A DNA stretch of 64,000 bases from a virus: positions 64,001 to 128,000 of IMG/VR virus record IMGVR_UViG_3300032242_000550. The stretch is one strand, 5' to 3'. Positions within the stretch are counted from its first letter, which is position 1; each line of letters starts with the position of its first letter. Under the pieces are notes generated by a model. That model searched no databases. It worked only from the letters and a program-made list of their open reading frames with translations, and was not told the origin of the DNA. The position numbers and the translations under genes were made by a program. Shown one piece after another: positions 28,785-37,609 of this stretch.

Positions 28785-29429
28785 ATGGCTTTGTATCTCA
28801 AGGAGCATCTGACATTTGACCGAGCCGGTATGGTTGTTGAAAGTGTCAGTGAAGGCGACAAGAAGAACCTTTATATGAAGGGTATCTTCATTCAGGGTGG
28901 GGTAAAAAACGCAAATGAGCGTGTTTACCCTGTTTCTGAAATTGAAACTGCCGTGCAAACTCTAAATGAACAAATCACAGGTGGCTATTCAGTATTAGGT
29001 GAAGTAGATCACCCAGATGACTTAAAAATTAACTTAGACCGTGTATCACATATGATTACTAGCATGTGGATGGATGGTGCTAATGGCTATGGCAAATTAA
29101 AGATTTTACCAACTCCAATGGGTGAATTAGTTAAGACTATGTTGGAGAGTGGTGTGAAACTCGGCGTTTCAAGTCGTGGTAGCGGTAACGTGAATGACTT
29201 AGACGGTAAGGTCAGTGACTTTGAAATAGTCACTGTGGATATTGTCGCACAACCTAGTGCACCCAATGCTTATCCTAAAGCAATATATGAAGGCATGATG
29301 AATATGCGTCATGGTCATAAATTGTTGGATATCGCAAAAGATGCACAGAGCGACAAGAAGGTACAGAGATACCTGAAAGATGAAGTGGTTCGTCTTATCA
29401 AGGATCTCAAAATTAATAAAGGGGATTAA
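28785..29429 (+). CDS. gp21: Prohead protease, T4 gp21-like
   Basis: GIFIQ...KNANERVYP, LGEVDHP, INLDRVSH.I, LGVSSRGSG, TVDIVAQPSAPNAY. Confidence 0.95.
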   Translation: MALYLKEHLTFDRAGMVVESVSEGDKKNLYMKGIFIQGGVKNANERVYPVSEIETAVQTLNEQITGGYSVLGEVDHPDDLKINLDRVSHMITSMWMDGANGYGKLKILPTPMGELVKTMLESGVKLGVSSRGSGNVNDLDGKVSDFEIVTVDIVAQPSAPNAYPKAIYEGMMNMRHGHKLLDIAKDAQSDKKVQRYLKDEVVRLIKDLKINKGD

Positions 29430-29431
29430 GC

Positions 29432-30532
29432 ATGTTAGATGCTATCAAACCATTACTTGAGAGTGGATTAATCAACGAAGAAACTGGTGTCGCTATAAAC
29501 GAGGCATGGGAATCTAAATTGAATGAGGCTCGTGAGCAAGTACGTGCAGAATTACGTGAAGAATTCGCACAACGTTATGAACATGACAGATACGTGATGG
29601 TAGAAGCCCTTGATAAAATGGTCAGTGAAGGACTAAAGTCTGAAATTGAAGAATTTCAATCTGAACGTCAGGCAATGAACGAAGACCGTGTAGTAGCGCA
29701 ACAAAAATTGCGTGAAAGTGCTACAAAATTCAATGATTTCATGGTTACTAAACTAGCTGAAGAAATTAAAGAACTACGTAGTGAGCGTAAATTACAAATG
29801 GAAAGTCAGCAAAAACTAGAACAATTTATTGTTCATGCACTTGCACGTGAAATTAAAGAATTCACACAAGACAAACAGGCTGTAGTTGAAGCAAAGGTTA
29901 AGTTAGTTGCAGAAGGTCGTAAACAACTTGAAGCATTGAAAGCACGTTTTGTTGCTGAATCTGCTAAGAGATTGACTACGGTCGTTGCTAGCCAACTCAA
30001 AGGTGAATTAGGTCAATTAAAAGAAGATATCAAGATCGCTAGAGAAAATAGCTTTGGTCGTCGTATCTTTGAAAGCTTTGCAAGTGAATTCAGCGTCACT
30101 CACTTAAGTGAGAAAGCAGAAACTCGCAAACTAATGACTCAGCTAGATGAAAAAGATAAAAAACTAGCCGAATCCATCAATACAATCAATAACGCTAAGA
30201 AGTTGATTGAAAGTAAAGAACGTGAAGTTCGTATTATTAAAGAATCTAATCTACGTGAAAAAACAATGAGCGAATTACTCGCCACATTGAACGAAGAAAA
30301 GGCTGTAGTAATGCAGAACTTACTAGAAAGCGTCCAGACACCACGTCTACAAGCCGCTTTCGATAAGTATCTTCCAGCAGTTCTTAATAACGGTGTTGTT
30401 AAACCAGCTACTAAAGCTAAATTAACAGAATCCGTTATCGTAGAAGCAACTGGGGATAAAGCTGCCAAACAAGAAGTTGATATGGAACAACGTGATAACG
30501 TTATAGATATCAAGCGTCTGGCAGGGCTTTAA
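29432..30532 (+). CDS. gp22: Prohead scaffolding protein, T4 gp22-like
   Basis: Coiled-coil, Glu-rich 366-aa protein between protease and capsid genes. Confidence 0.8.
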   Translation: MLDAIKPLLESGLINEETGVAINEAWESKLNEAREQVRAELREEFAQRYEHDRYVMVEALDKMVSEGLKSEIEEFQSERQAMNEDRVVAQQKLRESATKFNDFMVTKLAEEIKELRSERKLQMESQQKLEQFIVHALAREIKEFTQDKQAVVEAKVKLVAEGRKQLEALKARFVAESAKRLTTVVASQLKGELGQLKEDIKIARENSFGRRIFESFASEFSVTHLSEKAETRKLMTQLDEKDKKLAESINTINNAKKLIESKEREVRIIKESNLREKTMSELLATLNEEKAVVMQNLLESVQTPRLQAAFDKYLPAVLNNGVVKPATKAKLTESVIVEATGDKAAKQEVDMEQRDNVIDIKRLAGL

Positions 30533-30561
30533 TTAAAGACATAATTTAGGAGAAATATAAA

Positions 30562-31758
30562 ATGTCAAAAGTACTCTTAGAAAGCCGTTGGGACGAGACC
30601 AAAGAAGCTCTGTTAGAAGGCTTAAAAGGAACTCGCCGTTCAACAATGGGTGTTATTTTAGAAAACACCAAAAAACAGTTACTAGCTGAAAGTTCAGCCG
30701 GTACTACAACAGCTGGTAATATCGCTACACTAAACCGTGTGATTCTTCCAGTTATCCGTCGTGTCATGCCAACAGTTATCGCTAACGAGTTGGTTGGTGT
30801 ACAACCAATGACAGGACCAGTTGGTCAGATTCATACATTACGTGTGCGTTATGCTCAATCATTAACAGACACAAGTGCTGCTCAAACTAGCGTTACAGCT
30901 GGTCAAGAAGCATTGAGTCCATTCTTGATTGCTCAGGCATATTCACGTACTCCATATGGTACTGATTCTTCAACAAGCTATACTGCTAACGATACTGCTG
31001 CCCTAGAAGGCAACGGTGGTAAGCAAATCAGCGTACAAATCTTGCGTCAGGCTGTTGAAGCTAAGTCACGTAAGTTGCAAGCACGTTGGACATTTGAGGC
31101 AGCACAAGATGCACAGTCTCAACATGGTATTGACGTTGAAGCAGAAATCATGGCAGCTCTTGCACAAGAGATTACTGCTGAGATTGACCAAGAGATTCTA
31201 TTGTCATTACGTACATTAGCATCTACAGAGTATACATACAACCAAGCTACTGTATCTGGTACAGCTACTTATGTTGGTGACGAACACGCTGCTTTAGCTG
31301 TTCTTATCAACCGTGTCGCTAACTTGATCGCACAACGCACACGTCGTGGTGCTGGTAACTGGGCTGTTGTATCTAGTGCTGCATTGACAGTATTGCAATC
31401 TGCAACTACTAGTGCTTTCGCACGTACTACAGAAGGTACATTTGAAGCTCCAACTAACACTAAGTTCGTTGGTACATTGAATGGCGCTATGCGTGTTTTC
31501 GTTGACAGTTATGCTCCTGATACTACACCAGTATTGGTTGGCTATAAAGGTTCTAGTGAAACTGATGCAGCCGCATTCTATTGCCCATACATTCCATTGA
31601 TGAGTAGTGGTGTTGTTCTAGATCCATCTAGTTTCGAACCAGTCGTATCATTTATGACAAGGTATGGCTACATCGAATTAACGAATACGGCCTCAAGTTT
31701 CGGGAATGCCGCGGACTACGTTGGGGAAATTGCAGTATCGAACCTTACGTTCCAATAA
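30562..31758 (+). CDS. gp23: Major capsid protein, T4 gp23-like
   Basis: RRVMPTVIANELVGVQPMTGPVGQI, AKSRKLQARWTFEAAQD...HGIDVEAE, AEIDQEI, YCPYIPL, FMTRYG; AGGAG RBS and strong codon bias. Confidence 0.97.
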   Translation: MSKVLLESRWDETKEALLEGLKGTRRSTMGVILENTKKQLLAESSAGTTTAGNIATLNRVILPVIRRVMPTVIANELVGVQPMTGPVGQIHTLRVRYAQSLTDTSAAQTSVTAGQEALSPFLIAQAYSRTPYGTDSSTSYTANDTAALEGNGGKQISVQILRQAVEAKSRKLQARWTFEAAQDAQSQHGIDVEAEIMAALAQEITAEIDQEILLSLRTLASTEYTYNQATVSGTATYVGDEHAALAVLINRVANLIAQRTRRGAGNWAVVSSAALTVLQSATTSAFARTTEGTFEAPTNTKFVGTLNGAMRVFVDSYAPDTTPVLVGYKGSSETDAAAFYCPYIPLMSSGVVLDPSSFEPVVSFMTRYGYIELTNTASSFGNAADYVGEIAVSNLTFQ

Positions 31759-31762
31759 AATT

Positions 31763-31851
31763 TCACTTTTCAGTGATATATTGAATGTAATTCAAAATCA
31801 AAATTGGGCACCTAGGTGCCCTTTTTTGTATCTTAAATCACTGAAAAGTGA
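31763..31851. repeat. 15-bp inverted repeat bracketing the gp23 terminator
   Basis: tcacttttcagtgat (31763-31777) / atcactgaaaagtga (31837-31851); each arm is itself TCACT-N4-AGTGA. Confidence 0.75.
31806..31827 (+). terminator. Rho-independent terminator after gp23
   Basis: gggcac-ctag-gtgccc-tttttt. Confidence 0.9.
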
Positions 31852-31871
31852 TATTCTGTATAAATACTATT

Positions 31872-32648
31872 ATGCTAACAAACAAATATTCTAAAACTTA
31901 TTTTGCTATAACCTCTAATGCTAGACACCGCATTACTGAGGGCTATACAGAACTACATCATATCATACCTCAATCAATGGGCGGCAGTAATGACAAAGAA
32001 AATCTAGTAGAACTAACAGCAAGAGAACATTTCATATGTCATTGGTTGTTAATTAAAATGACAACAGGTGAAGATAGAAGTAAAATGTTATATGCACTCA
32101 ATGGAATGAGAGCAGAGAATAGATATCAACAAAGATATCATACAAAAATCACAGCAAGAGTATATGAGAAGTATAGAATAGAACACGCAGAGAATCATAG
32201 TAAAAGAATGAAATCTAAAAACCTTGTGCCATGGAATAAAGGCGGTGGAAAATTAACAGAAGAACAACTAGAAAATGTTCGATATGCCGCTAGAAATAGA
32301 AAAATAGATCCAATCAAACAAGCTGAAGGGCAACAAAAAAGAATAGCAAAGATGGTAGGACAAAAAAGAACTGATGAGACTAAAAGATTAATGTCATTGG
32401 CATCAAAAGGTAAACCTAAAGGTCCTATGAGTGAAGAACAAAAACAAATACGGTCAGATAAACAAAAGGGTGTACCTAAACCGAAAGGCTTTGGGGATAA
32501 AGTTGCTGAAAGAATGAAGAAATCATTTTCTGAAAACAATCCTAACAAAAGACCTGACTTACAAAAGATATGTGAACACTGTGGTAAGACTGTAGGACCA
32601 AGTAACTATACAAGATGGCACGGAGACAATTGTAAGCAAAAAGCATAA
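31872..32648 (+). CDS. Free-standing HNH homing endonuclease with NUMOD3-like repeats
   Basis: ELHHIIPQSMGGSNDKENLVELTAREHFICHWLL, basic repeats (GQKRTDETKRLMS, GPMSEEQK) and a C-terminal CEHC...WHGDNC. Start moved to ATG 31872, 5 nt after TATAAATA (31859-31866). Confidence 0.85.
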   Translation: MLTNKYSKTYFAITSNARHRITEGYTELHHIIPQSMGGSNDKENLVELTAREHFICHWLLIKMTTGEDRSKMLYALNGMRAENRYQQRYHTKITARVYEKYRIEHAENHSKRMKSKNLVPWNKGGGKLTEEQLENVRYAARNRKIDPIKQAEGQQKRIAKMVGQKRTDETKRLMSLASKGKPKGPMSEEQKQIRSDKQKGVPKPKGFGDKVAERMKKSFSENNPNKRPDLQKICEHCGKTVGPSNYTRWHGDNCKQKA

Positions 32649-32683
32649 ATACAATATCTCAATGGGATGGGAAGAATACAATC

Positions 32684-32707
32684 AAGCACTATTCGTAGTG
32701 CTTTTTT
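32684..32707 (+). terminator. Rho-independent terminator
   Basis: aagcacta-ttcg-tagtgctt-tttt. Confidence 0.9.
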
Positions 32708-32751
32708 GTTATATATACTATTTTGATAAATATATTAAAGGGTAATATATT

Positions 32752-33669
32752 ATGGATTTTACTGGTGGTATAACAGTTAGTGGTGGATTGAGTGTAACTA
32801 GACAACCTCCTCCTACACAAAAAGCTATATTTGGATATGGCTTTGCCGGTGGTAATCAGTCATTGACCAATTTAGTAAGTGACACCGGTGTAGTTGCTAC
32901 TGATACTGCAGGTGTGGGCACTGCTAGATACGATCTAGCAGCCACTGGTTATGGAACAGGTACTGCTATGTTTGGATACGGTCAAAATGTTAATGGTGGA
33001 TCCAGTTATCTTTCACTGACCAATCTAGTATCAACTACAGGTGTTGTTGCTACTGATACTACAGGTGTTGGTACTGCTAGATACTCATTAGCAGGTACAA
33101 TGTATGGAACCGACAAAGGTATATTTGGATATGGGCGCAATTCAGGTAGTGTATCAATGACCAACTTAGTAAGTAATACAGGTGTAGTAGCTACAGATAC
33201 AACAGGTGTCGGTACTGCTAGAAATTACCTTGCGGCCGCAGGCTATGGTGTTGACAAAGCTATTTTTGGATATGGAAATGGCGGCAGCGGTGTGACTAAT
33301 TTGGTATCAAACACCGGTGTAGTTGCTACTGATACAGCACCCGTTGGTACTAATAGATATGCATTAGCAGCCGCTGGTTATGGCACTGATAAGGCTATAT
33401 TTGGATATGGAAATAATTTTTCAAGCGATGTGTCAGTAACCAATAAAGTATCAAATACTGGTGTAGTTGCTAGTGATACCACAGGTGTAGGAACAGCAAG
33501 AAGTTATCTAGCGGCTGCAGGCTATGGATCCGATAAAGCGATTTTTAGCTATGGTAGTGGTGGAAATAAAACCAATCTAGTAAGTAATACCGGTGTAGTT
33601 GCTAGTGATACAACAGGTGTTGGTACTTTTAGGGCTCAGCTGGCAGCTGTAAGCTTTACTGGACAATAA
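32752..33669 (+). CDS. Six-repeat Kelch-like beta-propeller protein, paralogue 1
   Basis: 6 x [KAIFGYG-var-TNLVSNTGVVATDTTGVGTAR-xx-LAAAGYG]; own late promoter GATAAATA at 32725. Confidence 0.7.
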   Translation: MDFTGGITVSGGLSVTRQPPPTQKAIFGYGFAGGNQSLTNLVSDTGVVATDTAGVGTARYDLAATGYGTGTAMFGYGQNVNGGSSYLSLTNLVSTTGVVATDTTGVGTARYSLAGTMYGTDKGIFGYGRNSGSVSMTNLVSNTGVVATDTTGVGTARNYLAAAGYGVDKAIFGYGNGGSGVTNLVSNTGVVATDTAPVGTNRYALAAAGYGTDKAIFGYGNNFSSDVSVTNKVSNTGVVASDTTGVGTARSYLAAAGYGSDKAIFSYGSGGNKTNLVSNTGVVASDTTGVGTFRAQLAAVSFTGQ

Positions 33670-33682
33670 TTTCACTCAAAAC

Positions 33683-33706
33683 AAAAGGCTTTACTGAGCC
33701 TTTTTT
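33683..33706 (+). terminator. Rho-independent terminator
   Basis: aaaaggct-ttactg-agcctttttt, followed by late promoter GATAAATA at 33714. Confidence 0.85.
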
Positions 33707-33741
33707 GTTATCTGATAAATATGTTATAGGAATAATATATT

Positions 33742-34680
33742 ATGGCAGACATGACATTTACAGGTGGTATAACGTTTACTGGTGGGTTTAGTATAGTCAA
33801 ACCTCCACCTTCGTATCTTGCATATGCTATTTTTGGATATGGAACCGGAGCATCTGACTATTCAATAACCAACCTAGTAAGTAACACAGGTGTAGTTGCC
33901 GCAGATACTACAGGGGTTGGTACTGTTAGAAGTCAACTTGCAGCCGCAAATTACGGCACAGATAAAGCTATATTTGGGTATGGATACACAACTACCTATG
34001 TATCAATGACCAACAAAGTATCAAATACAGGGGTTGTGTCTATAGATACTACAGGGGTAGGCACTGCTAGAGCAGTTTTAGCAGCCGCTGGGTATGGCAC
34101 AGATAAAGGTATCTTTGGATATGGGTCCAATGGCGGAGGGCAAACAGCCGTAACCAATCTAGTATCTAACACAGGAGTAGTAGCCACCGATACTACAGGT
34201 GTTGGTACTGCCAGAGAACAACTAGCGGCATCAGGTTATGGAACTGATAAAGCTATTTTTGGATATGGATACAATGGATCCGCTGGAGTTTCAACGACCA
34301 ACTTAGTATCAAACACGGGTGTAGTTGCAGCAGATACTACAGGTGTGGGTACTGCTAGACTTGGTCTAGCAGCCGCCGGTTATGGTAATTCCGGTCAAGC
34401 TATTTTTGGATATGGAAATGGTAATAAATCAATGACCAATTTAGTAAGTAATACAGGAGTTGTTGCCACAGATACTACCGGAGTTGGTACCGGTAGAAAT
34501 GGATTAGCAGCCGCAACTTATGGTACAAATAAAGCTATTTTTGGTTATGGATACAATAGTAGTCTAGGTGTAGTTTCAATAACTAATCTAGTAAGTAATA
34601 CAGGTGTAGTAGCTACTGATACTACAGGTGTAGGTACTAGTAGATATCTTCTTGCAGCCGCAAGTTACGGATCCATATGA
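33742..34680 (+). CDS. Six-repeat Kelch-like beta-propeller protein, paralogue 2
   Basis: Same repeat x6. Confidence 0.7.
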   Translation: MADMTFTGGITFTGGFSIVKPPPSYLAYAIFGYGTGASDYSITNLVSNTGVVAADTTGVGTVRSQLAAANYGTDKAIFGYGYTTTYVSMTNKVSNTGVVSIDTTGVGTARAVLAAAGYGTDKGIFGYGSNGGGQTAVTNLVSNTGVVATDTTGVGTAREQLAASGYGTDKAIFGYGYNGSAGVSTTNLVSNTGVVAADTTGVGTARLGLAAAGYGNSGQAIFGYGNGNKSMTNLVSNTGVVATDTTGVGTGRNGLAAATYGTNKAIFGYGYNSSLGVVSITNLVSNTGVVATDTTGVGTSRYLLAAASYGSI

Positions 34681-34726
34681 TTTAAAAGATTTAGACATAA
34701 ATACATTTACTATAAAGGAAAATATC

Positions 34727-34942
34727 ATGATAGATTTAGAGAACATGCCTGCTCCAACAGAAGAAGAAATTGCACAAGCAAGACTTAATGCATTGAATGC
34801 AGATCGTCCAGATTCATGGACATGGGATGAAGCATCAACCTCATATGTTGCGCCAGTAAGTGTACCAGATGATGGTTATCCATATTTATGGGATGAAGCA
34901 TCAACTAGTTGGGTACCATTCCCAGATTTCCCTAGAGAATAA
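34727..34942 (+). CDS. Small Trp/Pro-rich partner protein (truncated relative of 39485 and 63341)
   Basis: Start moved to ATG 34727 (CATAAATA promoter, AAGGA RBS). SWTWDE...YVAP..VPDDGYPYLWDE...SW matches the C-half of the MxHFAQIDENN proteins. Confidence 0.7.
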   Translation: MIDLENMPAPTEEEIAQARLNALNADRPDSWTWDEASTSYVAPVSVPDDGYPYLWDEASTSWVPFPDFPRE

Positions 34943-34947
34943 ATCTA

Positions 34948-35868
34948 ATGGATTTTATTGGTGGAATAACTGTTAGTGGTGGATTGAGTGTAACAGCGCA
35001 ACCGCCACCCTCAAGCAAGGCTATATTTGGTTACGGAGGAGGTTATTTATCAATAACCAATCTAGTAAGCACATCAGGTATAGTTGCTAATGATACCGCA
35101 GGTGTAGGTACTGCTAGAACTGAGTTAGCAGCTGCCGGATACGGTACAGATAAAGCTATCTTTGGATATGGTGAAAATAACGGACCACAGTCAATGACAA
35201 ATAAAGTATCAAATACTGGTGTTGTTGCCACTGATACAACAGGTGTTGGTACTGCTAGATGGGCACTTGCAGCCGCAGGATACGGCACTGATAAGGCTAT
35301 TTTTGGATATGGCTGGAACAATTATGCTACTCAGATGTATGCCTTAACCAACAAAGTATCAAATACAGGTGTAGTTGCTACTGACACAGGTGGTGTAGGT
35401 ACTATCAGAACTGCACTAGCAGCCGCAACTTATGGAACTGATAAAGCTATATTTGGATATGGATACAATAACTATTCTTCTACTATATATTCTCTGACTA
35501 ATTTAGTATCAAACACTGGTGTTGTTGCCACTGATACTAGTGGTGTCGGTACTGCTAGATATCAAATTGCGGCGGCTGGTTACGGCAGTGATAAAGCTAT
35601 ATTTGGATATGGAACTACTGGCGCATCAACAGCAATAACCAACAAAGTATCAAATACAGGAGTTGTTGCGAGTGATACAACAGGTGTCGGTACTGCTAGG
35701 CCAGGACTAGCGGCTGCTGGCTATGGGGTTGATACTGCTATATTTGGATATGGTGGTAATCCTGGTCCAACTAACTTAGTATCAAATACAGGTGTAGTTG
35801 CGACTGATACTACACGTGTTGGTACGTCAAGAACCGGTCTAGCAGCAGCAAGTTACGGGCTAGCATAA
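34948..35868 (+). CDS. Six-repeat Kelch-like beta-propeller protein, paralogue 3
   Basis: Same repeat x6; N-terminus nearly identical to paralogue 1. Confidence 0.7.
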   Translation: MDFIGGITVSGGLSVTAQPPPSSKAIFGYGGGYLSITNLVSTSGIVANDTAGVGTARTELAAAGYGTDKAIFGYGENNGPQSMTNKVSNTGVVATDTTGVGTARWALAAAGYGTDKAIFGYGWNNYATQMYALTNKVSNTGVVATDTGGVGTIRTALAAATYGTDKAIFGYGYNNYSSTIYSLTNLVSNTGVVATDTSGVGTARYQIAAAGYGSDKAIFGYGTTGASTAITNKVSNTGVVASDTTGVGTARPGLAAAGYGVDTAIFGYGGNPGPTNLVSNTGVVATDTTRVGTSRTGLAAASYGLA

Positions 35869-35928
35869 ATTTTTACTAGTCCTATAAATCTATTAAATAT
35901 CTCTATACACAACCTATAGAGAGATATT

Positions 35929-36594
35929 ATGGCATCAAATCTAAATTCAGAATTTAACTATCGTTACCAAGTTATTGGTTCAACACCCTGGGAAAAAATC
36001 AAAACATTACAAGGCTTCTATGTCGGACGTAAACGTGCCGCTGTATTAGAAGAAGTAGCTGAACTAAAATATCAAGCTAAACTTGAAGAACTAAAACATT
36101 TAAAAACAGTTCCAGCATTACCACATATATTGCTTAATTTACAAGCAGAAATCATTGAGTTAGAATCACATTTAGATGACCAAAAACATGCATTTGAGCT
36201 TAATCGTAAAGAGATTAAGATATTAGAAAAACTTATGGCTGAACTATATGCTGAAGTTGAACCAACACGATTGAAACATCCAGATGGTACACCATATAGT
36301 GATGATGAGATGTTTGAAGCCAATGCTAATTATGAATTTACCGTAACAGTTGGTCGTGAGATACAATCTGAGATTATTGCTATGGGTAGACCTAGTCCAG
36401 CCAAGTTATTGAATGCTATGAGTAATCCAGAGACGTTACAATCATTAATGATGATTGGTCTTATACCACAAGGTACAGTGTTATTAGAGCAGAAAGACAT
36501 TATGTTAGAGTTAACCAATCAGCAGCCTGTTGTTGAACCTGCAAAAGAGTTAGAAACTTCCACACCTAAGAAGAAGATAAAAAGAACAAAGTAA
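35929..36594 (+). CDS. Hypothetical charged coiled-coil protein within the propeller array
   Basis: 221 aa, helical and E/K/L-rich; ATTAAATA box at 35892. Confidence 0.7.
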   Translation: MASNLNSEFNYRYQVIGSTPWEKIKTLQGFYVGRKRAAVLEEVAELKYQAKLEELKHLKTVPALPHILLNLQAEIIELESHLDDQKHAFELNRKEIKILEKLMAELYAEVEPTRLKHPDGTPYSDDEMFEANANYEFTVTVGREIQSEIIAMGRPSPAKLLNAMSNPETLQSLMMIGLIPQGTVLLEQKDIMLELTNQQPVVEPAKELETSTPKKKIKRTK

Positions 36595-36614
36595 TATCTA
36601 TATACTTTACATAC

Positions 36615-36638
36615 AAAAGGCTCTACGGAGCCTTTTTT
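36615..36638 (+). terminator. Rho-independent terminator
   Basis: aaaaggctc-tacg-gagcctttttt, immediately followed by late promoter CATAAATA (36639-36646). Confidence 0.9.
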
Positions 36639-36665
36639 CATAAATAGATTAAAGGATAACATATT

Positions 36666-37589
36666 ATGGATATTGGTGCAGGAATAACATTTGGTGCTGG
36701 GGTTAATATTGTTTATATACCTCCACCAACAAGTAAAGCTATCTTTGGATATGGTGTAACTAGTGTTTATGTATCAATGACCAATCTTGTAAGTAACGCA
36801 GGTGTAGTTGCTACTGATACAACCGGTGTAGGTACAATAAGATCCACTCTTGCAGCCGCAACTTATGGTACGGATAAGGCTATATTTGGATATGGGGATG
36901 CCGGATCACCGGTATCTGTATCTAACAAGGTATCAAACACGGGTGTAGTTGCTACAGATACTACTGGTGTAGGTACTGCTAGACAATTATTAGCGGCAGC
37001 AGGATACGGATCAGATAAGGCTATATTTGGATATGGAGTATTCTACATCCCTTCAACAACATATGTATCAATAACTAACCTAGTAAGTAATACAGGCGTA
37101 GTTGCATCTGACACTACTGGGGTAGGAACTGCTAGACAAAATCTTGCAGCAGCCGGTTACGGAACTGATAAAGCTATATTTGGATATGGAAGTAATGGTT
37201 CGGGTTATGTATCAATGACCAATCTAGTATCAAATACAGGAGTAGTTGCTACTGATACAACAGGTGTAGGTACTGCTAGGAGCGCACTTGCAGCCGCAAC
37301 TTATGGTATTGATAAAGCTATATTTGGATACGGAACTACAAAAGTTACTAATTTAGTAAGTAACACAGGCGTAGTTGCAACTGATACTATCGGTGTAGGT
37401 ACTACTAGAAATTATATTGCAGCCGCAGGTTATGGAGTTGATACTGCTATATTTGGATATGGAACATCTAGTGGAACGGATGTATCAATAACTAATAAAG
37501 TATCAAACACCGGTGTAGTTGCAAACGATACTACAGGTGTAGGTACTGCTAGAAATGGTTTATCAGCGGCAAGTTACGGACTAGCATAA
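36666..37589 (+). CDS. Six-repeat Kelch-like beta-propeller protein, paralogue 4
   Basis: Same repeat x6. Confidence 0.7.
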   Translation: MDIGAGITFGAGVNIVYIPPPTSKAIFGYGVTSVYVSMTNLVSNAGVVATDTTGVGTIRSTLAAATYGTDKAIFGYGDAGSPVSVSNKVSNTGVVATDTTGVGTARQLLAAAGYGSDKAIFGYGVFYIPSTTYVSITNLVSNTGVVASDTTGVGTARQNLAAAGYGTDKAIFGYGSNGSGYVSMTNLVSNTGVVATDTTGVGTARSALAAATYGIDKAIFGYGTTKVTNLVSNTGVVATDTIGVGTTRNYIAAAGYGVDTAIFGYGTSSGTDVSITNKVSNTGVVANDTTGVGTARNGLSAASYGLA

Positions 37590-37609
37590 AAATAAAAGGA
37601 TAACATATT

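Noticed and set aside
32662-32745. 27-codon mini-ORF MGWEEYNQALFVV...
   Set aside because: No RBS, and it runs through a strong terminator.
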